DNA of 64,000 nt, from NCBI GenBank assembly GCA_040394475.1, contig JBEBSD010000030.1, forward strand, positions 33-64,032, written 5' to 3'. Made by a program: the position numbers and the translations under genes. The stretch comes from Telluribacter humicola. Lineage in GTDB: Bacteria > Bacteroidota > Bacteroidia > Cytophagales > Spirosomataceae. Each line of letters begins with the position of its first letter. The first letter of the stretch is position 1. The notes under the pieces were generated by a model. The model had not been told where the DNA came from, ran no database searches, and saw only the letters and a program-made list of their open reading frames with translations. This document shows positions 36,601-44,665 of the stretch, one piece after another.

Positions 36601-37019
36601 AAGACCCGCTGCTGATTTATAAGTTTGAATCCGTGGAATTATTCAAGCGGTTTCTGAGCAAGGTTAACTTTGATATTGTTTCCTTCCTGATGAAGGCGGA
36701 TATTCCGCAGGAAGAAGCTGTACCCCAGCAGATCCGGCAACCACCGGTTAACCGGCGGGAACCGGCCCCTAAATTGCAAACCAATAAGGACGAGGAAGAA
36801 AGGGAGCCGGTGGGAGCAGGCAGCAATGCCGACGGTCCGAACGAATACGCCCGTCAGATGCAGAATACCACCCGCCAGGAACCGGCTCGGAGCATTAAGA
36901 TTGCCGATCGTAACCAGCGGGTAAACGTGCAGTACCGTGACGGCAGGGTCCTGAAAGATGTTAAGTATAAAAAAGTAGAGCAGGATGTAGAGAGCGGAGC
37001 CTGTGTTGTGATCGAATAA
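33651..37019 (+). CDS. secA: Preprotein translocase ATPase SecA
   Basis: 1122 aa with MATGEGKTLVATLP, DEVDSVLIDDARTPLIISG and TNMAGRGTDI motifs. Confidence 0.97.
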   Translation: MLKLFAKLFGTKAERDLKALTPFVGLVNAEYAKLDGISHDELRAKSDGLKELIRQHLQEIDDKLEEFRQQASAEVDVDVKEGIFKQIDDLEAERNKKLEEVLLEILPAAFAVVKETARRFKENDYLEVTANFDDREFATRKTHITIEGDKARWSATWNVMGHPIKWEMVHYDVQLIGGVVLHQGKIAEMATGEGKTLVATLPAFLNALAGRGVHIVTVNDYLAKRDSEWNAPLFEFHGLKVDCIDRHEPNTIARRNAYKAAIIYGTNNEFGFDYLRDNMSRSVEELVQGKHHYAMVDEVDSVLIDDARTPLIISGPIPRGDQQEFMELKPRIGRIVEAQKRLAMDLLNEAKKKIAAGDKKEGGLALFRVFRGVPKYKPLIKFLSEPGIKAIMQETEGIYLAENQKLMPQANAPLYFTIDERHNSIELTEKGIDFLTGESEAADFFILPDIAIDLDAIETDTSITDQERVLQKESLIRDYSVKTQRIHTVNQLLKAYTLFEKDVEYVIMDGKVKIVDEQTGRIMEGRRYSDGLHQAIEAKENVKVEDATQTYATVTLQNYFRMYHKLAGMTGTAETEAGEFWQIYKLDVVSIPTNLIIVRKDQEDKVYRSVREKYNAVTDEIVELVQAGRPVLVGTTSVENSEIISRMLTMRKIPHQVLNAKQHQREAEVVAEAGKPGTVTIATNMAGRGTDIKLLREAKDAGGLAIIGTERHESRRVDRQLRGRSGRQGDPGSSQFFVSLEDNLMRLFGSDRMAKVMDRMGLEEGEVIQHSMITKSIERAQTKVEENNFGIRKRLLEYDDVMNYQRDAIYRRRRNALFGDRLAVDIANTLFDVCDDIVNNTDGGSFAEFELAVLTTLGMEAPFDAGEYAELKAVDRCRKLYAAAEATYQSKNAGIAQKALPVLKNIFAERGAQITEIMIPFSDGRRQTGVVVNLQKSIEGEGKLIVSEMEKAIVLALIDQEWKEHLREMDDLKQSVQNAVFEQKDPLLIYKFESVELFKRFLSKVNFDIVSFLMKADIPQEEAVPQQIRQPPVNRREPAPKLQTNKDEEEREPVGAGSNADGPNEYARQMQNTTRQEPARSIKIADRNQRVNVQYRDGRVLKDVKYKKVEQDVESGACVVIE

Positions 37020-37122
37020 CAGCCTGCAACGTGAAAAGAACCTGTAAGGAGCGGGTGGGATATGGCACATATCGTACTCGCTCTTTTGGTTGAAATGATC
37101 GATAAATAACTAACTTATTGCA

Positions 37123-37782
37123 ATGACGTTACACAGAGAAGGATATGTTACCATCGGGCTTACGATTGCGGGCCTGTTGCTGCTGAACCTGGGGGTCGGA
37201 TACCTGGCACCCCATCTGGGAGTACTGCATAATGTGCTGCTGGCCCTCAGCGCCGTTTTCCTGTTTATTATTGTTCAGTTCTTCCGCCACCCCAAACGCA
37301 TACCGGCAACCGGGGAAAACCAGGTAATCGCACCATGCGACGGAAAGGTAGTGGTGATCGAGGAAGTGGTCGAAGGTGAGTATTTCGAAGGCCCCCGGCG
37401 CCAGATCAGTATTTTTATGTCGCCTTTGAACGTTCATGTCAATTGGAACCCTGTCGGAGGAATCGTACGGTATTTCCGGTATCATCCGGGAAAATACCTG
37501 GTGGCCTGGCACCCCAAGTCCAGCACCGAAAACGAACGGACTACCACGGTTATCAGGACTGCGAGCGGAACGGATGTCCTTTTCCGGCAAATTGCAGGGG
37601 CGCTGGCCAGGCGCATCCGCTGGTATGTACGCGAAGGGCAGGAAGTCACGCAGGCTTCCGAAATGGGCTTTATCAAGTTCGGATCGCGTGTAGATGTCTT
37701 CGTGCCGCTGGATGCTGAAATTAAGGTAAAGCTGGGCGACGCAACGACGGGAAGCATTACCGTACTGGCCCGGTTGAAATAA
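37123..37782 (+). CDS. psd: Phosphatidylserine decarboxylase family proenzyme
   Basis: 219 aa with two N-terminal TM helices and a Gly-Ser self-cleavage context, GFIKFGSRVDVF. Confidence 0.85.
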   Translation: MTLHREGYVTIGLTIAGLLLLNLGVGYLAPHLGVLHNVLLALSAVFLFIIVQFFRHPKRIPATGENQVIAPCDGKVVVIEEVVEGEYFEGPRRQISIFMSPLNVHVNWNPVGGIVRYFRYHPGKYLVAWHPKSSTENERTTTVIRTASGTDVLFRQIAGALARRIRWYVREGQEVTQASEMGFIKFGSRVDVFVPLDAEIKVKLGDATTGSITVLARLK

Positions 37783-37865
37783 TAATCCGACGTCTTTATT
37801 TTCCTCCCGAGAGGTTTGTTTTTTTTGGGGGGGATGGTTCGATGGGCGATGCCCATCGCTGGTAG

Positions 37866-38115
37866 ATGGCGCCCCTTCGGGGCTTAATGCCCTGAACATC
37901 CGCTCACTCCGATTTGCAATCGGAGTGCTCATGGCATTGCGCTTTTAACGCAAAAACTGCTCAACCCGTTACGCTCATGAAACTAATCCGTCAATGTAAC
38001 CATCCTAAATCACACTTATATGGCTTCCCAACAGTAGTATATTCGAAGCCAAAATGACGTGCATTTCATGACCATGACGGTTGTGGTCCGAGCTCGCCCC
38101 GAATTTGCAATCGGG
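37866..38115. repeat. Scattered hairpin elements (family F sub-unit and family G palindromes)
   Basis: GATGGCGCCCC-TTC-GGGGCTTA at 37866-37888. CACTCCGATTTGCAATCGGAGTG at 37906-37928. GCCCCGAATTTGCAATCGGG at 38096-38115. Confidence 0.8.
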
Positions 38116-38206
38116 TTTTCTAATGTCAAATCATTTTACTGGCTTCTGGGCCATTCTTGTTGAAGAAGCTGAACATTATTTATTCATTTCTGTATGAAAC
38201 GATTGT

Positions 38207-38418
38207 GGGCTGACGGGTTTTGTGGAGAGTTGAATTTATATGAGTGTATTAAATCGCGTTGAAAACGCTAAGCCGGAAACACCCCGATTGCAAATCGGGG
38301 TGAGCGGGCACGATTCCGGGCTGACGGGTTTTGTGGGGAGTTGAATTTATATGAGTGTATTAAATCGCGTTGAAAACGCTAACCGGAAACACCCCGATTG
38401 CAAATCGGGGTGAGCGGG
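38207..38418. repeat. Family G tandem repeat, two near-identical 111-bp units
   Basis: The unit is GGGCTGACGGGTTTTGTGG.GAGTTGAATTTATATGAGTGTATTAAATCGCGTTGAAAACGCTAA.CCGGAAACACCCCGATTGCAAATCGGGGTGAGCGGG, at 38207-38308 and 38318-38418. Each ends in the palindrome CACCCCGATT-GCA-AATCGGGGTG. Confidence 0.95.
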
Positions 38419-38420
38419 TT

Positions 38421-38954
38421 TCAAAAATGACGTTCCCCTATTTCGCGCTTGCCAATCATTACAGCTCCGACCATAGCGACCAGCAGGAGAATGGAGGCCA
38501 GTTCAAAGGGCAGCAGGTAATCCCGGAACAATACATGCCCGAGGCTTTCTACCATACCCGTCTGTGAGTTAAACTGACTGGTATCCACCGGAAGTTTTGA
38601 TTTGACGAACGCCCCGGTCAGGATCACAAACAAGGTGCCGGCAACAATGGTTGCAGCCAGCTTGGTGAGCAAGGTATTTCGGGCTTCATGCGCTGCTTTC
38701 ATGTTCAGGAACATGATCACAAACAGGAAGAGCACCATGATGGCGCCGGCATAGACAATGATATTCACCGCGGCCAGAAACTGTGCATTCAACAATATAT
38801 AATGGCCGGACAGTGTGAAGAAAGTGAGAATCAGGTACAATACACTGTGCACAGGATTCCTGGCAAGGACGACCATCAGCGCACTCAGAACGGTCAGAAA
38901 GGCCATGAAGAAAAAGGCAGCAATAGTGGAATTACCTAACAGGGTACTACTCAT
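38421..38954 (-). CDS. nuoJ: NADH-quinone oxidoreductase subunit J
   Basis: 177 aa. RNPVHSVLYLILTFF..IIVYAGAIMVLFLFVIMFLN and C-terminal LPFELASILLLVAMVGA match NuoJ. Confidence 0.85.
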   Translation of the reverse strand: MSSTLLGNSTIAAFFFMAFLTVLSALMVVLARNPVHSVLYLILTFFTLSGHYILLNAQFLAAVNIIVYAGAIMVLFLFVIMFLNMKAAHEARNTLLTKLAATIVAGTLFVILTGAFVKSKLPVDTSQFNSQTGMVESLGHVLFRDYLLPFELASILLLVAMVGAVMIGKREIGERHF

Positions 38955-39086
38955 TTTACGTATATTATAAAGCTATCAGTTCTGGAATCTGGAAAACAAA
39001 GATACTCCGAATTCAATTAATTAATCAAGCGTTTGTATCCGGAGGCTTCCCGGCGACGGATTAATTATATTCATTATGAATTATGC

Positions 39087-40676
39087 TCACAAGGCACTAT
39101 CGGACCATTCGTTGTTGACCAGCCGGAGGATCCGCAGCGGGTTGCTATTTTGCAAGGCTTCCGGTAAGAGGGCATCCGGCCAGTCCTGATACGACTGCGG
39201 GCGTACAAACCGGTAAATGGCGTCCCTGCCGACCGACGTGAACCGGGCATCGGTAGTGGCCGGGAACGGGCCTCCATGATGCATGGAAGCACATACTTCC
39301 ACGCCCGTAGGAACACCATTCATAATAAACCGGCCCGCTTTTTGGGCCAGCAGCGTGAGCAATTCGGGATAGCCGGCGGCTTCCGCCTGATCGGCAAACA
39401 AGGAAACCGTAAGCTGTCCGCCCAGCTGCGAAAGCGCTGTGATGAGCGCTTCCCGGGATTCGCACACCACCAGGATGGAAAACGGCCCGAATACTTCCTC
39501 CCGGAGTTGCGGATGGCTGATAAAAGCCGCTCCGGTGGTTGTTAAAATGGTAGCCTGTGATTGATTTTCAGCCGTTGCCCGGAGGGTGGAAGTGGCCAGC
39601 AGCCCGGCGCCTTCCTGTGAAAGGCTTTCTTCCCGCAACCGGTAGAAGTTTTTGCAAATGCCTTCGGTGAGCATGGTCGCTGAACCGATGGCCTCAATTT
39701 CGGAGGCATACGCCTGGCTGAAAGCGGTTACTTCCGGACTATCGATGACAAAAACGAGCCCGGGATTCGTACAAAACTGTCCCGCGCCAAGGGTTACCGA
39801 ACCGGCAAGCGTTTGCGCGAGCTCCTGAGAGCGTTGTGCGAGGGTTTCCGGAAGGATCACCACCGGGTTGACGCTGCCCATTTCGGCAAACACCGGGATA
39901 GGCTCTTCGCGTTCCTGTCCGAGACGGTAGAGCGCCATGCCTCCTTTCAGTGAGCCGGTAAAACCAACGGCTTTGGTAGCCGGATGCTTTACCAAAGCGC
40001 TTCCGACTTCATAACCTGAGTCGAACAACATTGAGAAGGTGCCTTCGGGCATGTGCGTGCGCTGAGCGGCCTTCACAATAGCCCGGGCTGTCAGATCACT
40101 TACCCCCGGATGGGCGGGATGGGCCTTGACGACTACGGGATTACCGGCAGCCAGGGCGGGGCCGGTATCGACCCCTGCAACCGAATAGGCAAATGGGAAG
40201 TTACTGGAGCCAAACACCACCACCGGTCCCAGCGGAACCTGTATTTTGCGGAGGTCGGGTTTGGGAGGCACACGGGTGGGCTGTGCAGTATCGATGCTGG
40301 CCTGCAGCCACGAGCCTTCCCGGATCAGGTTGGCAAATTGGGTCAGCTGGTTCAGGGTGCGGGCCCGCTCGCCCTGAAGGCGCGGCATAGGGAGCCCGGT
40401 TTCCAGATGGGCCCGCTCCAGGAGCTCATCTCCGAGCAAGGTGATTTCTTCGCAAATGGCTTCCAGAAAGGCAGCCCGTTCAGCGGGAGCAACCGCCGCA
40501 TAGGCAGGGGCAGCGGCCTTGGCCAGTTCCATGGTGTGTGCTACTTCCTCCGGAGTGGCGCAGACGAATGTTTCGGGCAGGAATTCACCCGTTGCCGGTA
40601 CATACGACCGGAATGTGGCAGCGCCGGTTGCCGAAAGTTGGTGCCCTATATAATTCTTTCCTTGAATAGATGACAT
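39087..40676 (-). CDS. NADP-dependent aldehyde dehydrogenase (alpha-ketoglutaric semialdehyde dehydrogenase-like)
   Basis: 529 aa with FGSSNFPFAYSVAG, NPVVVKAHPAHPG and the catalytic-Cys context GAGQFCTNPG. Confidence 0.8.
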   Translation of the reverse strand: MSSIQGKNYIGHQLSATGAATFRSYVPATGEFLPETFVCATPEEVAHTMELAKAAAPAYAAVAPAERAAFLEAICEEITLLGDELLERAHLETGLPMPRLQGERARTLNQLTQFANLIREGSWLQASIDTAQPTRVPPKPDLRKIQVPLGPVVVFGSSNFPFAYSVAGVDTGPALAAGNPVVVKAHPAHPGVSDLTARAIVKAAQRTHMPEGTFSMLFDSGYEVGSALVKHPATKAVGFTGSLKGGMALYRLGQEREEPIPVFAEMGSVNPVVILPETLAQRSQELAQTLAGSVTLGAGQFCTNPGLVFVIDSPEVTAFSQAYASEIEAIGSATMLTEGICKNFYRLREESLSQEGAGLLATSTLRATAENQSQATILTTTGAAFISHPQLREEVFGPFSILVVCESREALITALSQLGGQLTVSLFADQAEAAGYPELLTLLAQKAGRFIMNGVPTGVEVCASMHHGGPFPATTDARFTSVGRDAIYRFVRPQSYQDWPDALLPEALQNSNPLRILRLVNNEWSDSAL

Positions 40677-40687
40677 TACTGATAGGT

Positions 40688-41728
40688 TTAAAGTAATTTA
40701 CGGATGATCTGGTCCACCGAAACGCCTTCCGCTTCCGCCTTGAAATTGCGTACAATCCGATGCCGCAGCACCGGGATGGCCACTTCCCGAATATCTTCTA
40801 TATCGGGGGAATATTTTCCGTTCAGCAATGCGTTGCATTTGGCTGTCAGCACCAGCGACTGGGATGCCCTGGGACCAGCGCCCCATTCCAGGTAATCGGT
40901 CGCAACGGAACTGGCCTGAGCCGTCCCCGGACGTGTTTGCTGGACCAGGTTTACAGCATATTCCACCACGTTTTCGGTGACCGGAACCCGGCGTGTCAGC
41001 TGCTGGAATTCCAGGATCTGCGCCCCGTTTAAGATATGCCGGATGGTATGTTGAGTGGCCGCCGTGGTACGCTGAACAATTTCGATTTCTTCCCGGTAAG
41101 ACGGGTAGTCGAGCTTGACCATAAACATAAAACGGTCGAGCTGCGCCTCCGGCAAGGGATAGGTGCCTTCCTGCTCGATCGGGTTTTGGGTCGCTAACAC
41201 AAAAAACGGACGATCCAGCAGGTGTTTTTGTCCGCCGATGGTCACGGCATACTCCTGCATGGCTTCGAGTAAGGCCGATTGTGTTTTGGGAGGGGTCCGG
41301 TTGATTTCATCTGCCAGGATGATATTGGAGAAAACAGGTCCCTTTATAAATTTAAAATTCCGGTTCTGGTCCAGTGTCTCTGATCCCAGGATATCGGAGG
41401 GCATCAGGTCGGGGGTAAATTGGATCCGGTTAAAACTAAGGTCCAGCGAAGCCGCTATGGATTGAATCAGCAAGGTTTTGGCCAGTCCGGGAACCCCTAC
41501 AAGCAGGCAGTGCCCCTGGCAAAAAATAGCAGTAAGCAATAATTTGACCACTTCATCCTGACCTACAATTACCTGGCCTATTTCGGTTCTCAGCTTTTCA
41601 TAGGCTTCTTTTAACGCCGCTGCGGCTTCAACATCTGACTGGTAGCTCACTCTTTGGGTAGGTTTAGCACTATTGTATGAATAAGTAAAAATCAGGCCCG
41701 CCGGACACGGATGAGCCTGAAGTGACAA
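40688..41728 (-). CDS. MoxR-family AAA+ ATPase (second copy)
   Basis: GVPGLAKT, ILADEINRTPPKTQSALLEAMQE and ATQNPIEQEGTYPLPEAQLDRF. The track start is a TTG at 41728; a GTG at 41650 would give a more typical length. Confidence 0.85.
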   Translation of the reverse strand: MSLQAHPCPAGLIFTYSYNSAKPTQRVSYQSDVEAAAALKEAYEKLRTEIGQVIVGQDEVVKLLLTAIFCQGHCLLVGVPGLAKTLLIQSIAASLDLSFNRIQFTPDLMPSDILGSETLDQNRNFKFIKGPVFSNIILADEINRTPPKTQSALLEAMQEYAVTIGGQKHLLDRPFFVLATQNPIEQEGTYPLPEAQLDRFMFMVKLDYPSYREEIEIVQRTTAATQHTIRHILNGAQILEFQQLTRRVPVTENVVEYAVNLVQQTRPGTAQASSVATDYLEWGAGPRASQSLVLTAKCNALLNGKYSPDIEDIREVAIPVLRHRIVRNFKAEAEGVSVDQIIRKLL

Positions 41729-41780
41729 GGTACAAAAAAACGGAACTTATTCTATTTGTCCAAATGAAATAGCCGGGAGC

Positions 41781-41808
41781 CATCAGAAGTCAGCTATCGG
41801 AAATCGGA
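41781..41808. repeat. Family B solo copy
   Basis: CATCAGAAGTCAGCTATCGGAAATCGGA matches the 26513-26615 array. Confidence 0.8.
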
Positions 41809-41855
41809 TTGCTCGCAAGCCGACGTAGCCGGGCGGTACGCCGCCGCGGAGGCTT

Positions 41856-42413
41856 TTATTTTTCGATGTCGGAATAGCGCCTGTAAATGGCCCGGTAACC
41901 CAACAGCCGCCCGATCGGGGCCACAACGTTCATGAGGATTTGCTGAACACCGACCGGCAGGTCGGCAAGGTAGGTTTTCCCATCGAGGTATTTCAGGAAC
42001 ATGAGCTGCTGTACGAGGCCATACTTCCCGTCTTTACTTTTTCCGTCCGCAGCCAGTCCTGCCAGGTTTTCCAGTAAATAATCGAAATCGAGCGCCGGTG
42101 ACACGGAATGTATATAAGTGACCGCCGAATCGCCGTCGTTGTAATGGTTGTGAGGCGTGTTTCTGGGCAATATGACTTTTTCGCCGGCTGAAAGTGTCCG
42201 GGTCCCTTCATCCAGTAAAATGGTTAATTGTCCTGAAATAACTTCAAACGATTCATCCTGCAATACGTGCAGGTGCCGGGGAACCAGCTGTCCTTTGGTG
42301 CGGATGGTCGATTTGACGGTTACCCGTTGTCCGTTTGTGTCTTTGGCTGTTTCCAGGTATTCGTGGGAGTCTCCCGTGACAGGGTTGTTCAGAATTTGTC
42401 CTTGGGTCGGCAT
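41856..42413 (-). CDS. Cupin-domain protein
   Basis: 185 aa. VPRHLHVLQDESFEVISG...PRNTPHNHYN fits the two cupin motifs. Confidence 0.6.
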   Translation of the reverse strand: MPTQGQILNNPVTGDSHEYLETAKDTNGQRVTVKSTIRTKGQLVPRHLHVLQDESFEVISGQLTILLDEGTRTLSAGEKVILPRNTPHNHYNDGDSAVTYIHSVSPALDFDYLLENLAGLAADGKSKDGKYGLVQQLMFLKYLDGKTYLADLPVGVQQILMNVVAPIGRLLGYRAIYRRYSDIEK

Positions 42414-42672
42414 ATAGTAATGAGCAGGGGTATGGGATGCTTTCGGAATTAAAGGTAAGAAATTGAATCAGCCTTTCAAAACAGGACATCCAGGTGATAA
42501 AATTTCACCGTTTCCGGATCCGGCGGAAGTATGACAAAAAACAGACGTGTACCTGCCGGGCGGTTACTGGCTGAACACCCGATTCAATTAATTTGGTAAC
42601 CCGCAGTTAACCGGATGGTAACAATGTGCAAATACATTTGTAAATTGTTACCTGAATGTATATTTATAGCCT

Positions 42673-44634
42673 ATGAAAAAAGGTAATAGATTGCAGCTTG
42701 CGGACTTGTCCGTTCTTTTACTGGTATGGGTATTCCTGACAGGATGCCGCCCGGGTGATCACACCGCGCCGGACCAGAACATTCTGATCAGGGAAGTGTC
42801 TGTCCCGTCCGAAATTAATGTTGCCGTGCAGGGCGATGTGACTATTTCGGGAAAAGGGTTTACTGCGAACGACAAAATCAGATTAGTCCTGATCACCGAC
42901 GACAGCCGGCTTTATACAGTCGATCTGCTGTCCGTTGACGAGCATTCGGCAACATTTACACTTCCGGAAGGATTTGCAGCCGGCAAATACCAGCTGGTGC
43001 TGGTAAGGGGCGATCAGGAACTTGCCTTAGGCGCCAGCACCTTCAACATCCTTATTGCAACCGACCTCCCCGACAGAGCAGGCATGACGGTCAAAGGCCT
43101 GGTGCACAGCAACGGCGCGGGCGTGGCCGGCGTAGTTGTTTCCGATGGCGACGAAGTAACGGTTACAGATGAAAATGGGGTGTATTACCTCCCCTCGGAA
43201 AAAAAGAACGGATATGTCTTCATAGCCGTTCCAGGGAATTACGAAGTAGCAGCACAAGACAACATTCCGCAGTTCTTCAAAAAGCTCACCGGCGGCAGCG
43301 CCGTCGAGCAAAAGGATTTTTCACTGACTCCCGCCGCCGCCGGCAAGCATGTTGTCCTTGCCTTGTCAGACTGGCACCTGGCTAACCGTAATAACGATCT
43401 GCAGCAGTTCGGCGCCGGGTTTCTTCCCGATGTAAATGCGACCATTAATGACTATTCCGCAGCCGGTGCAAAAGTATACGGGGTGGCGCTGGGCGATATG
43501 TCGTGGGACGCCTACTGGTATACCAATAATTTTGGCCTTGCAGAATATGTGGCCGAGATGAAAAAAGTGAATTGCCCGATGTTTAACGTGATCGGCAATC
43601 ATGACCACGATCCGTACGTGCAGGGTGACCGGGAAGCGGAAAACAAGTACAGGGAAGTCATCGGCCCCACTTATTACTCCTTTAACCTGGGAGAAGTTCA
43701 TTACGTCGTGCTTGACAATATAGAATATGTAAACCGCGGCGGCGCTGAGGGCGTGATCGGAGAACGCAATTACAACGATGTGATTTTGCCTGCTCAGATG
43801 GAATGGCTGAAAAAGGATCTGGCCACCCTCGCCGATAAAAGCGCCCCGGTTGTTATCGCCATGCATGCGCCGCTATACGGTACCCCGGACGTTGATGGCA
43901 GCGGCGGGCAGGTAAACCGGCTTTCGCTCAATAACAGCGCAGCGTTTCTTGCCGCGCTGCAGGGATTCCGGGAAGTACACCTGATCACCGGCCACATTCA
44001 TACCAATTATACGGTAGAACATTCGGCATCGCTGACAGAGCGTAATATAGGCGCCGTATGTGCCACATGGTGGTGGACAGGCAGAAACGGATACGCCGAT
44101 AACCACATCTGCAAAGACGGCAGTCCCGGCGGCTATGGCGTGATGACGATAGACGGCCGTGAGGTGAAGTGGTATTACAAGAGTATCGGTAAGCCCCGAA
44201 GCTATCAATTCAGGTCGTATGACCTCAACAAGGTACATATTACGGCTGCAGCGCACGCGCCGAATGCGACGGAAGAAGCCCTGGCCGCATATGCCGGCGA
44301 ATATGCCACTCCTAATCTGAAGAATGAAGTGCTGCTGAATGTGTGGGGGTATGACACCGGGTGGAGTATCGAGGTACGCGAAGGCAATACCGTACTGCCG
44401 GTAACGCGGGTGTCGGCGCGCGACCCGCTTCATATTATCTCCTACGAAGCCAAAAGGCTGAATGCCGGCGCTGTGCCCACGGCGTCATTTGTTACCGGCA
44501 ATACCGCGCACCTCTTTAAAGTTACAGCCTCAAGCGCTGTTTCCACGCTTGAAATCAACGTAACGGATCGTTTCGGTACGGTTTATTCGGAAACGATGCA
44601 ACGTCCCAAGGAATTTACCTATTCGTCAGACTAA
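42673..44634 (+). CDS. Calcineurin-like metallophosphoesterase lipoprotein with N-terminal Ig-like and carboxypeptidase-regulatory-like domains
   Basis: 653 aa. Lipobox FLTGC. Metallophosphatase motifs LSDWH, GDMSWD, VIGNHD, AMHAPLY and GHIHTN. Confidence 0.75.
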   Translation: MKKGNRLQLADLSVLLLVWVFLTGCRPGDHTAPDQNILIREVSVPSEINVAVQGDVTISGKGFTANDKIRLVLITDDSRLYTVDLLSVDEHSATFTLPEGFAAGKYQLVLVRGDQELALGASTFNILIATDLPDRAGMTVKGLVHSNGAGVAGVVVSDGDEVTVTDENGVYYLPSEKKNGYVFIAVPGNYEVAAQDNIPQFFKKLTGGSAVEQKDFSLTPAAAGKHVVLALSDWHLANRNNDLQQFGAGFLPDVNATINDYSAAGAKVYGVALGDMSWDAYWYTNNFGLAEYVAEMKKVNCPMFNVIGNHDHDPYVQGDREAENKYREVIGPTYYSFNLGEVHYVVLDNIEYVNRGGAEGVIGERNYNDVILPAQMEWLKKDLATLADKSAPVVIAMHAPLYGTPDVDGSGGQVNRLSLNNSAAFLAALQGFREVHLITGHIHTNYTVEHSASLTERNIGAVCATWWWTGRNGYADNHICKDGSPGGYGVMTIDGREVKWYYKSIGKPRSYQFRSYDLNKVHITAAAHAPNATEEALAAYAGEYATPNLKNEVLLNVWGYDTGWSIEVREGNTVLPVTRVSARDPLHIISYEAKRLNAGAVPTASFVTGNTAHLFKVTASSAVSTLEINVTDRFGTVYSETMQRPKEFTYSSD

Positions 44635-44665
44635 CCGTGTTGTTAATGCTCAAAACAATTACTCA

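Noticed and set aside
37129-37932. 267-aa minus-strand ORF antisense to psd. Comparable long antisense or alternate-frame ORFs lie inside mutS2 (7521-8271), secA (33795-36572), ribD (20586-21503), the ALDH gene (40053-40673) and the secreted-protein gene (55687-56487).
   Set aside because: They lie wholly within genes that have strong family signatures on the other strand or frame. They have Arg/Pro/Gly-rich compositions typical of off-frame translation of G+C-balanced genes.
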